Shown: positions 1 to 11,645 of the stretch, one piece after another
Position numbering within the stretch: position 1 is the first letter of the stretch
How the letters are laid out: every line of letters begins with the position of its first letter
NCBI RefSeq assembly: GCF_004010195.1
Contig: NC_057719.1
Location: forward strand, 54,745,971 to 54,795,029
Length of the DNA stretch: 49,059 bases
Source: Chiloscyllium plagiosum
Taxonomy: Eukaryota
Direction: 5' to 3'
Notes under the pieces: generated by a model
What the model was told of the DNA's origin: nothing
Seen by the model: only the letters and a program-made list of their open reading frames with translations
Databases searched by the model: none
Position numbers and translations under genes: made by a program

Positions 1-811
1 TTAAAAAAAACTGAGTGTGTTGGTAGTTGTTTTTTCATATATTTTAGTACATTTCAATTGATGCAATGAAGTCATAAATTTAATTCTCTTCAACCTACTT
101 TGTTATGAGCAGTCCTTTGTTTATATTGGAATGTACTTATGTTTAGCTTCATCCATGTTCAATACATAACAGCCACTAAAAGGGAATAATGCTTAGGGAG
201 AATTCGTACTAATTCACTTTCACCTCAGTAGAGAGATCTGCTTTTTAATCATGTTAGATTTCCGATGAGAGGATAAACACCACAGTGGGGAGTGGGAGGT
301 CGAGGTGGAGAACCTCTTGGCTACTCGTGATGTAACTCCTCCTCTGTTATTTAGATATCAAAATCGATTTGTGCTCTTATATAAGAATCATACCCAGTCT
401 TATTTCAAACAGAAGTATAACTCTATTTTGAGAAATTCCAGATCTTATTTTCTGAATTGCCTAACCCCTTCCTATCCTGCAAAGCAAAGATAACCTTTTC
501 CTCACAGCAGTGCAAAGTGAAAATGTTATTATTGAGCTATAGAAACAGATTGCCATCTGTCAGTGCATGGAAGGCGATAAGATACCTTACTCAGTTCATT
601 TAGACCAGTTTATACAGCACAATTGTAAACAGTATACACAGCATTATGCTAAAGAATTTTCCACATTGAAAACCCCAATACACCAAATTATTTAAAGAAG
701 CAGCATCACTACTGATCAACAAGATTGGAGCAGATCCCTACTGAATAAACAAAGCAAGGCTGCATGCAATGTTAATTTGATTTAAAACAAAAGAGGATTT
801 ACTCAGAGGCA

Positions 812-997
812 GATGGAATAGAGTTAGCAATGATGCCTGGTCATTAAGCATGTTCAAGGCTTGGATAGACATACTTTTAATGGGGATCAAGGAAAAGGCA
901 GGAAAGCGAAGTTGAGGATTATCAGATCAGCCATAATCTTACTGAATGGCGGAACACACTTGATGGTCTGAATGGTCTACTGCTGCTCCTATGTCTC
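812..997 (+). mobile_element. CR1 LINE 3' end fragment
   Basis: Typical shark CR1 3' UTR (gatcagccataatcttactgaatggcggaac...gaatggtctactgctgctcctatg). Confidence 0.75.
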
Positions 998-1289
998 ATT
1001 GTACAAGGATGGGAGAAGCAAATGTTTAGGAGGATGTCACAGTTGGAATCTAGAGGAAGTAAGTTTATCATGGAGACAACTGAACAAATTACTTACGAAG
1101 GAAGGAAGAGAGAATCTGGACAAAATGAGATACTTGGTGGACATGTACTGCCCTGTTTTAGTACGTAGAGGTTTGAACATTTCCAATGTCCTGAGAAGTC
1201 TGTGACATCCTCCATGTGGATAGTGTTAAACAGCACTCAACAACAGCACAAACAATTACTTCATAAATAATACACACATTAATTTAGTC

Positions 1290-2010
1290 ATTTTGATGAT
1301 TTGTCTAAGCTAATTTCATTTCGACCCTGTGCCTGATCGTCTGTTAATTTCTTTGGAACTTACAACAAGTTATCCTTGTTTCTGCTATAATTGTTCAGTT
1401 TATCTGCCATTTCCCCACAGTCATTGACAATATCCCCATCTCAGCTTTCAGTGGGCCAACTACACTCCTACCCAGAAGCTTTCCTTTTGTATAACTATAA
1501 AACCTCTGCTTATTGTCTTTTATGTCCTTGCAAGTTTCCCTTCGTTATCCTTTTTTGCCACTCATAAGCTGCTTTGTGACCCTTAGTTGGTCTTTTTATT
1601 TGTCCCATTCCGTGGAATCTGTTCTTTGTATTTTTATAAGCCCTTTCTTTATTTTTTTTTTTGCTGTCCCTTACCTCCTTTGATGCCATCTTTTCGTTTG
1701 ACAGGTGGAGCTTTTCCTTCTCAGTGTACAAACTGTTTCTGAACAGCATTATATCTTCTGAGGTTGTTTTACTTATTAGCAGAGCCTCCCAGTTTATTGT
1801 GAACATTTTCTACCTTACCCCATTAAAGTCTACCTCACTTAACTTCAAAATTTAAGTATCCAATCTTTGATATCTCTTACAAATGCTACATGAAACTCGA
1901 TCATGTTATGATCAACAGTTCACAAATGATCACAAACAACTAAATCACGAACTAAATCAGACTTTTTGTTCATTACAAGATCTAATATTGCTTGTCCCAT
2001 TGTTACACCA
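1290..2010 (-). mobile_element. Degraded CR1 LINE ORF2 fragment (endonuclease-RT linker)
   Basis: Minus ORF 1510-1806 (INWE..L...KMASKEVRDSKKKNKERAY) resembles the CR1 ORF2 linker; continues into the CR1 endonuclease piece beyond 2712 after two SINE insertions. Confidence 0.55.
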
Positions 2011-2018
2011 AGACAATT

Positions 2019-2349
2019 GGGCAGCATGGTGGCTCAGTGGTCAGCATTGTTGTCTCACAGCGTTAGGGACTTGGGTTTGATTCTCGCCTCAGGCGACTGA
2101 CTATGTGGAGTTTGCACATTCTCCCCATGTCTGTGTGGGTTTCCTCCGGTGCTCCTCCCACAATCCAAAGATGTGCAGTTTAGGTGAATTGGCCATGCTA
2201 AATTGCTCATAATGTTCAAGAGTGTTTAGGTTAGGTGCATTAGGTATAAATGTAGAGTAATGGGGAATAATTGGATGGGGTTGTCTTCAGAGGGTCGTTG
2301 TGGATTTATTGGGCTGAAGGGCCTGTTTCCACATTGTAGGGATTCCATT
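2019..2349 (+). mobile_element. HE1-like tRNA-derived V-SINE
   Basis: A box tggctcagtgg, B-box-like gggtttgattc, V-domain gtggagtttgcacattctcccc...gggtttcctccgg, CR1-like tail gggctgaagggcctgtttcc. Confidence 0.85.
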
Positions 2350-2392
2350 TTTAAAAATTGTTGTCGGAAACGATCATGGAATGATCAAATCC

Positions 2393-2711
2393 TTGCTGTG
2401 TGGAAAGAGGCCACTCAGCTCATAGAGTTTGAACCAACCTTTGAAGAGCATCCCACCCAGACCCAGTCCCTACCCTATACTATAACCCTGCATTTTAGCA
2501 TGGCTAACCCACTTAACTTGCACACTCCTGGGGTATTCTGGATAATTTAGCATGATCAATCCACCTACCCTGCTCAACTTTGGACTGTGAGAAGAACCTG
2601 GAGCACCTGGAGAAAACCCACACAGATACTGTGACAATGTGCAAACTCCACACAGAGAGTCCTGGCACTGTGAGTCAGCAGTGCTTACAACTGAGCCTCC
2701 ATGCCATCCCT
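2393..2711 (-). mobile_element. HE1-like V-SINE (reverse, diverged)
   Basis: Reverse complement of the SINE head (ctgagcctccatgcc) and V-domain (gtgcaaactccacacag; ggagcacctggagaaaacccac). Confidence 0.8.
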
Positions 2712-3400
2712 GTACACTCCAGAAATTCACAACCTTTCCAAGAGGTGTTTTTCTTTCTCATCCAGCCTATGTTAAGATTAAAATCCCCAATTAATACTAT
2801 TCTGGCTTTGCTAGATAATTTCAGTATTTATACAATCTAGCACTTCTGAGCTGCAGGTTGACTATATAAGACACCTATTGTGTTCTTAGTTCCTGTACAG
2901 TTCCTCAGTTCTACCCATAATATCTTCACTGGGTGTTTTCCCCTCATTAGATCCTCCTTCATCATGGAAATGATTCTGTTTTGAATCAGAAATGCTACTC
3001 CATCTACTCTGACATTTTCTCTCTCCCTCCTGTAAACCTCCTGTAGGTTTAATTCCCAGTCCTGAAATGAAAAATGTGGTGCTGGAAAAACACAGCGGGA
3101 CAGGCAGCACCCGAGGAGCAGGAGAATCGACGATTCTCGAAACGTCGATTCTCCTGCTCCTCGGATGCTGCCTGTCCTGATGTGATTTTCCAGCACCACA
3201 TTTTTCAACTCTAGTCTCCAGCATCTGCAGTCCTCACTTTCTCCTAATTCCCAGTCCTGACCCATTCTCTGTAATGGCTATTATATCATATTTCAAATTT
3301 GAATCTTTGCCTGCAGCTCACATAATTTGTTCCTTTTACTCTGTGCACTTGTATAAGGAACTTTAATTTTGCCTGTACATTGATCCTGCATCTTTTTATT
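2712..3400 (-). mobile_element. CR1 LINE endonuclease fragment, interrupted at 3066-3244
   Basis: QDWELNLQEVYRRERE..DGVAFLI...ILWVELRN..GTKNTIGVLYSQP matches the CR1 APE domain. Confidence 0.8.
3066..3244. mobile_element. Penelope-derived palindromic mini-element, family A
   Basis: ~65-bp inverted arms around attctcgaaa plus one-sided tail; perfect 16-bp TSD taattcccagtcctga at 3050-3065 and 3245-3260. Confidence 0.85.
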
Positions 3401-3419
3401 ATTTCTCCCTCCAGTCTTA

Positions 3420-4077
3420 CTAAATCCTTGATAAAAGTGAATTTACAAAAGGAATGAGTAACCTACCTAGGGGACATTGTAGGGGAGCAGTATGTGTTGC
3501 GAAGAACAGTGAAAGAACAGGCGTTAGTGGAATTCTTTGTCCCTGAAATGATGTGGCAAAAAATGAAATCTTTGGGGATATTTGATTCTTAATTTAGGTT
3601 TGTACCAAATTTCAGCACTTTGGCTGTTCCACTAATCAATTTGCTTCAGATGAAAACCAAAATAGTATGGTCAGAAGAGTTCCCAACATCTTCACCAAAG
3701 CTAAAAACAGTTTTGATCAATGAGCCCGGTAAGCTGCATCAGCTTTGACCAAGCCCATAAAGGTAACAATTGACGGTTGGGATTTGGGAGAGAATGCAGT
3801 TCTGTTCCAAAAAGTGAAGCAAGGAAAATACATTTCTGAAAAAAGCTAAGTTTATACCAGAAGTGATATTCTATGGAGTAAAAATAAACCTATAGGAGGA
3901 AACACTCGTACACACTATTTTTTAAAATTTCATAACTGTGAGCCTTTGTAGAAAATTTCAAACACCAAAATGCCAAACTATTTCAATGGTGTTTGCTATT
4001 ACAGCTTGATTATTTGATTGTTATTCACACTGTATGAGGAAAACAATCTAATGTCTCAAACTTTGTCAATAATTTAA
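3420..4077 (+). mobile_element. Ty3/Gypsy pol remnant (RT C-terminus + RNase H), Gmr1-like
   Basis: Manual translation: VTYLGDIVG...FVPNFSTLAVPLINLL..K..IVWSEE...KPIKVTIDGWDLGENAVLFQ...KLFQWCLLLQ...NNLMSQTLSII*; stops and frameshifts. Confidence 0.8.
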
Positions 4078-4104
4078 CTTTGTTTGAATGATCTTAAAAA
4101 TCAC

Positions 4105-5560
4105 AACTTAGAAACAGAACCTAAAACTGCTCACAATATTCCAAATGCGATCTGGCCTGAACCTTGTACAGCCTCAGCAGTACATTCTGCTATTGTATTC
4201 CAGCCCATTTGATGCAAATGCTAACATTGCATTTGACTTCCTATTTGCCAATGGAACCTGCATTTAATCTTAAGAGAAACAAGAACTAGGACTCCTAACT
4301 TTCTTTATGCTTCAGATTCTGAAATCTTTCCCCATTTAGAAAATAGTATATGTCTCCAGTCTTTCTTTCAAAATGCATAACCTCACACTTTCCCACATTG
4401 AATTCCATCTGCCATTTCTCTGTCCACTTTCCTAGCTTGTCCAAGTCTTTCTGCAGCCTTCCCATTTCCTCATCACTACCTGTCCCTCCACCAATCTTGG
4501 TGTCATTTTCCAACTTAGCAACAATACCCTCACTTTCTTAGAATCATAGAGTCATAGAAATGTACAGCATTGAAACAGACCCTTCGGTCCAACCTGTCCA
4601 TGCCGTCAAGATATCCCAACCCAATCCAGCCGGCACCTGGCCCATATCCCTCCAAACCCTTCCTATTCATATATCCATCCAAATACCTCTTAAATGTTGC
4701 AATTGTACCAGCCTCCACTATATCCTCTGGCAGCTCATTCCACACATGTACCACCCTCTGCATGAAAAAGTTGCCCTGTAGGTCTCTTTTATATCTTTCC
4801 CCTCTCACCCTAAACCTATGCCTTCATCCACATCATTTATGTATCACAAGAATAGTTGTTGTTCCAACACTGACCCCTACAGACCTTCACTAAGTCACCA
4901 GCTGCCATTCTGAAAAAGACCCTTTTATCTCCACTTTCTTCTTTCTGCCAGTCAGCCAATCCTCTATCCATGCCAACACCTTCCCACTAAAACCACGGGC
5001 TCTTATTTAGAAGCCTCCTACACAGCACCTTATCAAATACTTTTTAGAAAATCAAATATCATGTCCTCTAGCTCTCCTTTGTCGAATTTGCTCAGTACAT
5101 CCTCAAACAATTCTAACAGATTTGTCAGGCATAATTTCCCCTTGACAAATCCATGCTGACTCAACCCTATTTTGCCATGCACTTCCAAGTAGTCTGTAAT
5201 CTCATCCTTAATAATGGACTCTAAAATCTTATCAATGACCAATGACAAGCTACCCAGCCTATAACTTTGTGTCTTCTGTCTCCCCCTTTCTTAAACAGGA
5301 GTGTTACATTAGCCATTTTCCAGTTCTGGGACTCTCTCTGACTTCAGTGATTCCTGCAAGATCACCACCAATGCCTCCACAATGTCATCAGCTCACTCCT
5401 TCAGAACTCTGGAATGTAGTCCATCTGGTCCAGATAACATACCCACCTTCAGAACTTTCAGCTTCCCCAGGACTTCTCCTTAGTGATGGCTCCTACACAC
5501 ACCTCTGCTCCTGACTCTCCTGAAGTTTTGCATACTGCTGGTCTCTTCCACTACGAAAGC
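4105..5560 (-). mobile_element. CR1 LINE RT fragment (with nested CR1 3' end)
   Basis: SQHGFVKGKLCLTNLLELFE; NDTKIGG...LQKDLDKLGKWTEKWQMEFNVGKCEVMHF. Confidence 0.9.
4540..4821 (-). mobile_element. Younger CR1 3' end nested in older CR1
   Basis: RGERYKRDLQGNFFMQRVVHVWNELPE...; short-repeat tail (agaatcatagagtcatagaa). Confidence 0.9.
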
Positions 5561-5775
5561 TGTGTCTACCGAAACATCAGAAACAACATGGCATAATTAG
5601 TGTCACATAGGCCAGAAAATCAGAACAAGAGAGTTTGGAAAATTCATTGACTTTTGCCTTCAAAAATAACCTCTGTAAATAATGCACTATGTTTTATTGC
5701 AAGAAGATTTTAATATAGGAGTGGAAATGCCTTGCTGCAGTTATATGGAGCTTTGATGAGACCACATCTGGAAGT

Positions 5776-5928
5776 AGGTGATAGTAAGGACTGCAGGTGC
5801 TGGAGATTAGAGTCGTGAGTGTTGAACTGGAAAAGCACATCTTGATTGCTGATGAAGGGCTTTTGCCCGAAACATCAATTATCCTGCTCCTCGGATGCTG
5901 CTTGACCTGCTGTGCTTTTCCAGCACCA
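5776..5928. mobile_element. Penelope-derived mini-element, family A, with partial inversion
   Basis: Reverse tail/terminus then forward ctgatgaagggcttttgcccgaaac...; 13-bp TSD cacatct(g/a)gaagt at 5763-5775 and 5929-5941. Confidence 0.85.
5845..5880 (+). ncRNA. Minimal type I hammerhead ribozyme core (Penelope-type)
   Basis: CTGATGA 5849-5855, extra A, stem II gggc-tttt-gccc, GAAA 5869-5872; stem III/cleavage site reads ACATC versus ACGTC in other copies. Confidence 0.6.
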
Positions 5929-7149
5929 CACATCTAGAAGTGTTGTGTGCAGTTTTGGACTCTACCTACAGAAAGATATACCTATCCTCAGAAGAGGGAT
6001 TGTGCTGCACAAAAGATTAAAGTGACTGGGTCTTTCTTCACTAGAGTTTAGAAGAATGGGAGATGATCTCATTCAAAATTCTTGCATGGCTCAACAAGAT
6101 ACTTGCAGGAAGGGTGCATTTCCCGGAACCAAGGAACAGTCTCAGCCATGTATGACTGAGATGAGGAGGAATTTCTGCACTCAGAGTGGTGAATCTTTGG
6201 AATTCTCTGGTTGGTGTGTTGGTGTGTTCTGTTACTGAGGATGTTTCATTACATTTTAAAGTACTAAAAATATCATATTGCAAAAGATATACGTGACAAT
6301 GTAGGAAAATGCTATCGAAGTAGAAGACCAGCCATCATCTCATTGAATGGTGGTACCAGATCAAAGGGCTAAATGAACCCTTCTGCTCCTACTTATGTTT
6401 TCTTTTACCAAGAAGAGCTTTGTGAGGGGACACATCCTATTCATTAAACTTAACCTCAGGAATGTAAGAATGCGAGACGTCAATCTGATGGGATGGGAAT
6501 GGTTGGTTTTCCTCACCCTCTAATGGCATTGTAGCAAGGTGAGGGTGCATGGAAAAAACTTTGCCCTTGCAAAGACCTTGCAACGTCATCCTGTCAATTT
6601 TGAGACCAGGCAGCATCAGGGTATGGATTCTGCTCAGAATTACGGTGATGAAGATGTTTGAACTTTGTGTTGAAAGTCCCCAGTTGTACATATGTGCGTC
6701 TTTCAAGGAGGGATGTGGCTCAGGTTGGGGCATGGACTGTAGAAAGTCACCGATTATTGTTATGTGGGATAAACCCCTGTGAGTCAGCCAGTAATTACTA
6801 CCATTTCACTGATACTTCTTCATTCTGTGAGGTGATACAATCTTTGCTCACTTTCGTTGTTTATGGATCTAAGTTTTAAATTAATTATTTTGTGGAATAG
6901 GCCACAATGGAGCATCAGGCTGTTTGGGAGTTTAGCATGCTCTCCTGATGGAAGCACATGTGTTTTACATAGCTCTGGTGTGTAATATTTTATATGCCTG
7001 AGAGTTATTATAACCTGGATATAGTTAGAGATGTAATAAACATCCTCCTATTCTATAAGTCAATAGCCTTTTCTGCTATGACTTATTAATGACTTATCCT
7101 TTATCATAGGCAACTAGAAAGCTCCTAGACTCAGGTGAGTAGGAGGTTT

Positions 7150-7840
7150 GATGACAGCGCACTACCCCAAATACAAGATATCAGTGGTTGGTACACAAGG
7201 TGATAACAATAGCCTTCTCAGCACAATTATGCCATCATTGCATTGATGAGGATCCAAACTGCACCTTGAGGAGAAGAAGCCTGAAAGAATCTCAAGACAA
7301 AGAAGAAATATTTTTGCTGACATTGTAGTTACCAGTTCAAAAGCACTGTCAACCTAGTCGTCAGCAGCTATGTGTGTTTAAACAGACATCAGTCAGCACA
7401 AGGTAGCTGTTACAATGCTCTCTGAGTCAAAAGGCAATGAGACCTGGTAAACCAGAAAGCATAGAAGAAGCATGGAAGGAAATAAAATTGAGTCAGGAGT
7501 CAACCAAGGTACGATCGGATATTGGTGCTCCAGCAGTTAGACCCCCAAGCCAAAAGCGTAGAAAACTTACCAGAATGGCAGCCTGTGAGCCTAAAACTAA
7601 AACAGGAGAATTTACAAGCATTACTGCTGTCATGAATGGGCACCATAATATACAACTGCGAAAACTAACGCAAGGTCATAAACATACATCAAAGTCAAAA
7701 ACAGCAGAAACAAATTTGAAAATCCTGAAGTCACTGCAGCAGAGTTTCAGAAGTGAGAGAAATGTTGTTAAAAGATCAGAATATTTTAATTGCAGGATGA
7801 GTGCAAATGCAATGTTTTGTCTGGGAAAAGATGTGAATCA
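7150..7840 (+). mobile_element. Possible Gypsy integrase C-terminal remnant
   Basis: IQDISGWYT..., LRRRSL and RSERNVVKRSEYFN resemble Gypsy pol C-termini; purine run gggaaaaga followed by TGT near 7823-7834. Very degraded. Confidence 0.3.
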
Positions 7841-8389
7841 TTCCGATATGGGAAAAAGGCACAAGACATCTGCTTTGTTTGTAACATTGGGAAACTTCCC
7901 AAGAATATGCAAAGAGAGTAGGATTCCTTCATTTTGCTTCCTAAGACTGGGAAGATTATGCAAATATTGCTAAAAATGGTATTTAATGGAATTTATTCAC
8001 TTTGAAATGTTTAAAAGAATTTCTAAAAATTAACTTAAAATATTGCTACATTTCAGAATTTTAAGGTTATCAACAGCTATAAAAAATAAAATTTGCAAAA
8101 GGAAAGAATTTCAGGGCCAGATGAAGTAAATCACAACAGAAAAATCATTATACACAATTTAAAACTTCATTTGAAGAATTTGAAACAGTTGAACAGTGAT
8201 TTAGAATTAACAAAGACAGGTAAATAAAGAACTGCAGAGACACTAACAATACACACTGTAATATAAAGTGAAATTTTATTCTTGACTAGAAGGAAACAAT
8301 CCTATAAAACAGACTAAAACAATATTGAAATTACAGCGATTAAGAAACTTTCACAGTGATAAGTTTGATTAAAATGTAATGCAACAAAG

Positions 8390-11030
8390 GAATAGAAAAT
8401 TATATTTCCTAACAGATTCAACATCAATGATGGCCCTAGCAGAATACAACGTTGGAATTCATGAGAAAAGCAATTCTTAAGACCGTATAGACTTACTAGG
8501 CTGAAGGTTCTCTTCTGTACTGAATTAACCAGGCTTGATTCAAACTGAATACTAACTCAGAAGCAGAGCAAGTTAATATACTATTTTTGACCTGAAAAGA
8601 TTAGTTGAAACCTGTGAATATGAATTCTTGCAATCAAAATTCATAAGAAACAGAACTGGTGTCAGAATGTGTGATCAGTCTTTGCCAAATCTTTTACAGT
8701 TCAGAAAATATATATAACATTGGAGAAAGCCATCTGAATTGCTTTTGAAACAGAATCCAAAAGGAAATAATGGACAAATCCTGAGAGAATCACCTTAACA
8801 TAGAAGAGGAGTAGAACCTATTAACCTCACAAAGCACAAACAGTAACAGACACAACACAGACTGATTTAAAAGATGGGAAAATAGCATCAGATTCTATAA
8901 GTCGCTTTCAGCACTGTGGAACAAAAAAATTGCCCCTTAGACAAAGATAATGACAAGCTATGACAAAAGTGTGTTATATCTGTTAAAAAAAACATCATTT
9001 TTCAAGGATGTGCTGGAATCAGGAAAAGTTCTAGAACAGCAGAAGTACTGATATGCATCCAAACAAAGACTTACACACAACAGATCGTTCACCTCTGTTA
9101 GAAAAGTCACCTGCATTTGAAGATACACTTACATTAAAGGACATTCCCAAGATATTCCTAGGGAAACAAGAAATCCTTTGAAACTAGGTATGATCTATTT
9201 ACTTATGTCAATGGACATCTTCCTCAATTTAAATTTGATACAGACCATATTTCACTGTACTGCCAACTAAGTAACTTTGGCAAAGCACACAAAATTACAG
9301 CCCAAAAACCTATGGATATGGTTTGCAGATGGATGACTTCTACAATTAAATAAATGCGATGAGTGTCACTCCAGCATCAAAATACCGACTGTCTTGAGTA
9401 CAGTTCTGGGATAATGCACGTTTTGGCAGCACTCTTTGACTATAACTTTGCTGAAGAATCAGGGATGGGTTTGGGGATGGGTTTGCATGCTTCGTTCTGT
9501 GCTGTGTCGTATATACACGATGCCGGTGCTGGTATTGGTGCTGTTCTGAGCATGCACCGATGTCAGCTGCCAACAGAGCAGTTTTCTGTGAGAGGTATTG
9601 TGCAGAGAGCAGCTGTCTTACATTTTTTAAACGTATGTAAATGTACAAATTTACTTTTGTTCATAAATATGATTTAAACTCGCATTCAGGCTGTGCTATA
9701 CATAGCATTTGACATTTGGGTGATTTTTGAGAGACTGTGAGCTTTTGCTGGTCTGCCCCAACCCCACTTTTCCCGGTGGCCCCATTATTTCTATTAAGTG
9801 ACTTTCTATTCAGTCAGGTTTCGCTGGAACACAACTATGGTGTTAGATGAGAACCACCTGTTTAGGCATGTCATCCATAACCAGTAATGTTCATCCCTGA
9901 GTAAGGATGCTGTTTGCCTTCAATATCCAACAATTCATTTGTTGTTCAGCCACTTCATTAGAAACTATCATTGATGGACTTAGAAGAAAACAAGTAGTGG
10001 AATATTATATAGCGTTTCCAAGAATAATGGCTGAATTTAAGAAAACCTTTCAAATAGAAGAAATCATTTATATTGGAGTCTAAGATTTATTTTGCACTAT
10101 AAGCTGGAAGAAAGCACAGATATCATTGGCCTTCAAAAGGAGTTTTGCATCTCTAATACCACGAAAGAATCTTCACAGGATAACTATCAACAAAACATGA
10201 AACGACAACCAAATTTTGCTATTAAAATCATGCAACACAGTCTACCTGAAATTACATAGACACTGATTACAACTCAACTGGATTATTGCGTACATTTGGG
10301 GACACCGCACGATAGGAAGCATGTAAATGCATTGAAAAGAGTGCACAAGTGGTTTACAAGAGTGGTTCCTGGGATGAGACACTTTTAGTTATAATGAAAG
10401 GTTGGAGAAGTTGGGACTTCTTCCTTCAGGGAGGAAAAGTTTAAGAGGAAACTTGAGAGAATTTTTCAAAGTCATGAGGAATCTGCAGAGAATAGATAGG
10501 CTTAGGATCAAAAACCAAAGTTTTCAAGTATGTTATTTAAAAAAGCAAATGTGAGATGAGAAAAGACATTTTTGCACATTGAGTAGTTTGTGAATTGAAT
10601 GCACTGCCTGGAAATCTAGTGGAGAGAGATACAATTAAGGCATTTAAGAAGACATTAGATGATTATTTAAATAAAAATAATGTGCAGGATTCCAGGAAAA
10701 AGGTAGGAGATTGGCAGTAAATTAAAATGCTCATAGAGCCAGGGTATAAACAGTGGACTTATGACCTCCTTCTGCATCATAGCAATTCCGTTAATTCTAG
10801 TGATTAGTGAGATTAAATGTCCTCCAGATAAGATGATGGACTAACAACAACATCTATTAAGTCCTCAGCAAATAATACTCACAAGATAAAGCAACCTCCA
10901 CAGGAGAACTAAATCAATGAAAAGAACCAAAGTCAACAATCTTTAAGTCAGTTACTGATCAATCTTCCAAAGCTGAAACATATGTCTTTCAGATGAATTA
11001 TCAAACCACCAACTCACGTAAGTTTGTGAA
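8390..11030 (+). mobile_element. Fossil Ty3/Gypsy retrotransposon: gag, protease and integrase tail, RT not recognisable
   Basis: 8583: IFDLKRLVETCEYEFLQSKFIRNRTGVRMCDQSLPNLLQ...ITLEKAI (gag); 9201: TYVNGHLPQFKFDT/PYFTVLP (degenerate DTG protease); ~11000: IIKPPTHVSL* (pol end). Confidence 0.7.
10262..10800 (+). mobile_element. CR1 LINE 3' fragment inserted in the Gypsy remnant
   Basis: QLDYCVHLG.P...KHVNALKRVHKWFTRVVPGMR and CR1 3' UTR. Confidence 0.8.
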
Positions 11031-11351
11031 TTCAGAGGCCTCGTAGATATGACACAATATTTTATATCATTGTATATATATTTTTATGTTCCTTTATTTA
11101 AACATTTTTCTCTGTTTCTCCATAACTGACGACTGCACAGGTTAATTTTCAACTTGTGATTTTGCTTGATTATGTGATGTAATATAATAGATGTTTACAG
11201 TAGTACTTATTTTTATATCTTTGACATGTTCCACTGTACAACATCTTTAATATATCTTTCACTCATTGAAAACAGTTCATCAGTTAGAACATTGTGGAAA
11301 ATATGTTCGTTGTAACATTCCATGTATCTATGATCAAACAAGCCTCTGCCT

Positions 11352-11645
11352 TTAAAAGGGAGATGACATTATCCCATGTAATATTTTTATTTAGAGATAC
11401 CAGAGACATTTTTAATAATGTCTACTATACTTTGTAATCCAACAGGAGAGTTAGTTAATTAATCATTTTAATTAATTAACAAGAGTTAGTTAATTAAGTG
11501 ACAGAATCCAAATATTTTCAATGTCTGTAATGAAGTTGTAATTTGTGTACTTGCTTTGTGTATGCATCTTCGGATACTTGTTTTCGTTAAGAACTTCATT
11601 GCAGCGTTAATGCTACAAGAGTGTACATAGTACCAAATAACATAT
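11352..11645 (+). repeat. Putative polypurine tract and 3' LTR of the Gypsy remnant
   Basis: ttaaaagggaga followed by TG at 11364, ~330 bp after the pol end; no matching 5' LTR found, right end is a guess. Confidence 0.35.

Larger units (their letters stand above)
5690..6400 (+). mobile_element. CR1 LINE 3' fragment, interrupted at 5776-5928
   Basis: RPHLE/CVQFW motif split by the insertion; EMRRNFCTQSGE; CR1 3' UTR. Confidence 0.8.

Noticed and set aside
2019..2095. tRNA gene
   Set aside because: The A/B boxes belong to a SINE head, continuous with the V-domain; no cloverleaf.
7437..7973. 178-aa plus-strand ORF as a host gene
   Set aside because: No recognisable domain; low-complexity basic sequence with a Gypsy-like pol-end motif, within LTR-element debris.
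9363..9677. 104-aa ORF with HVLAALF, as a SWIM-type zinc finger
   Set aside because: The required Cys pattern is absent; it lies within the Gypsy fossil.
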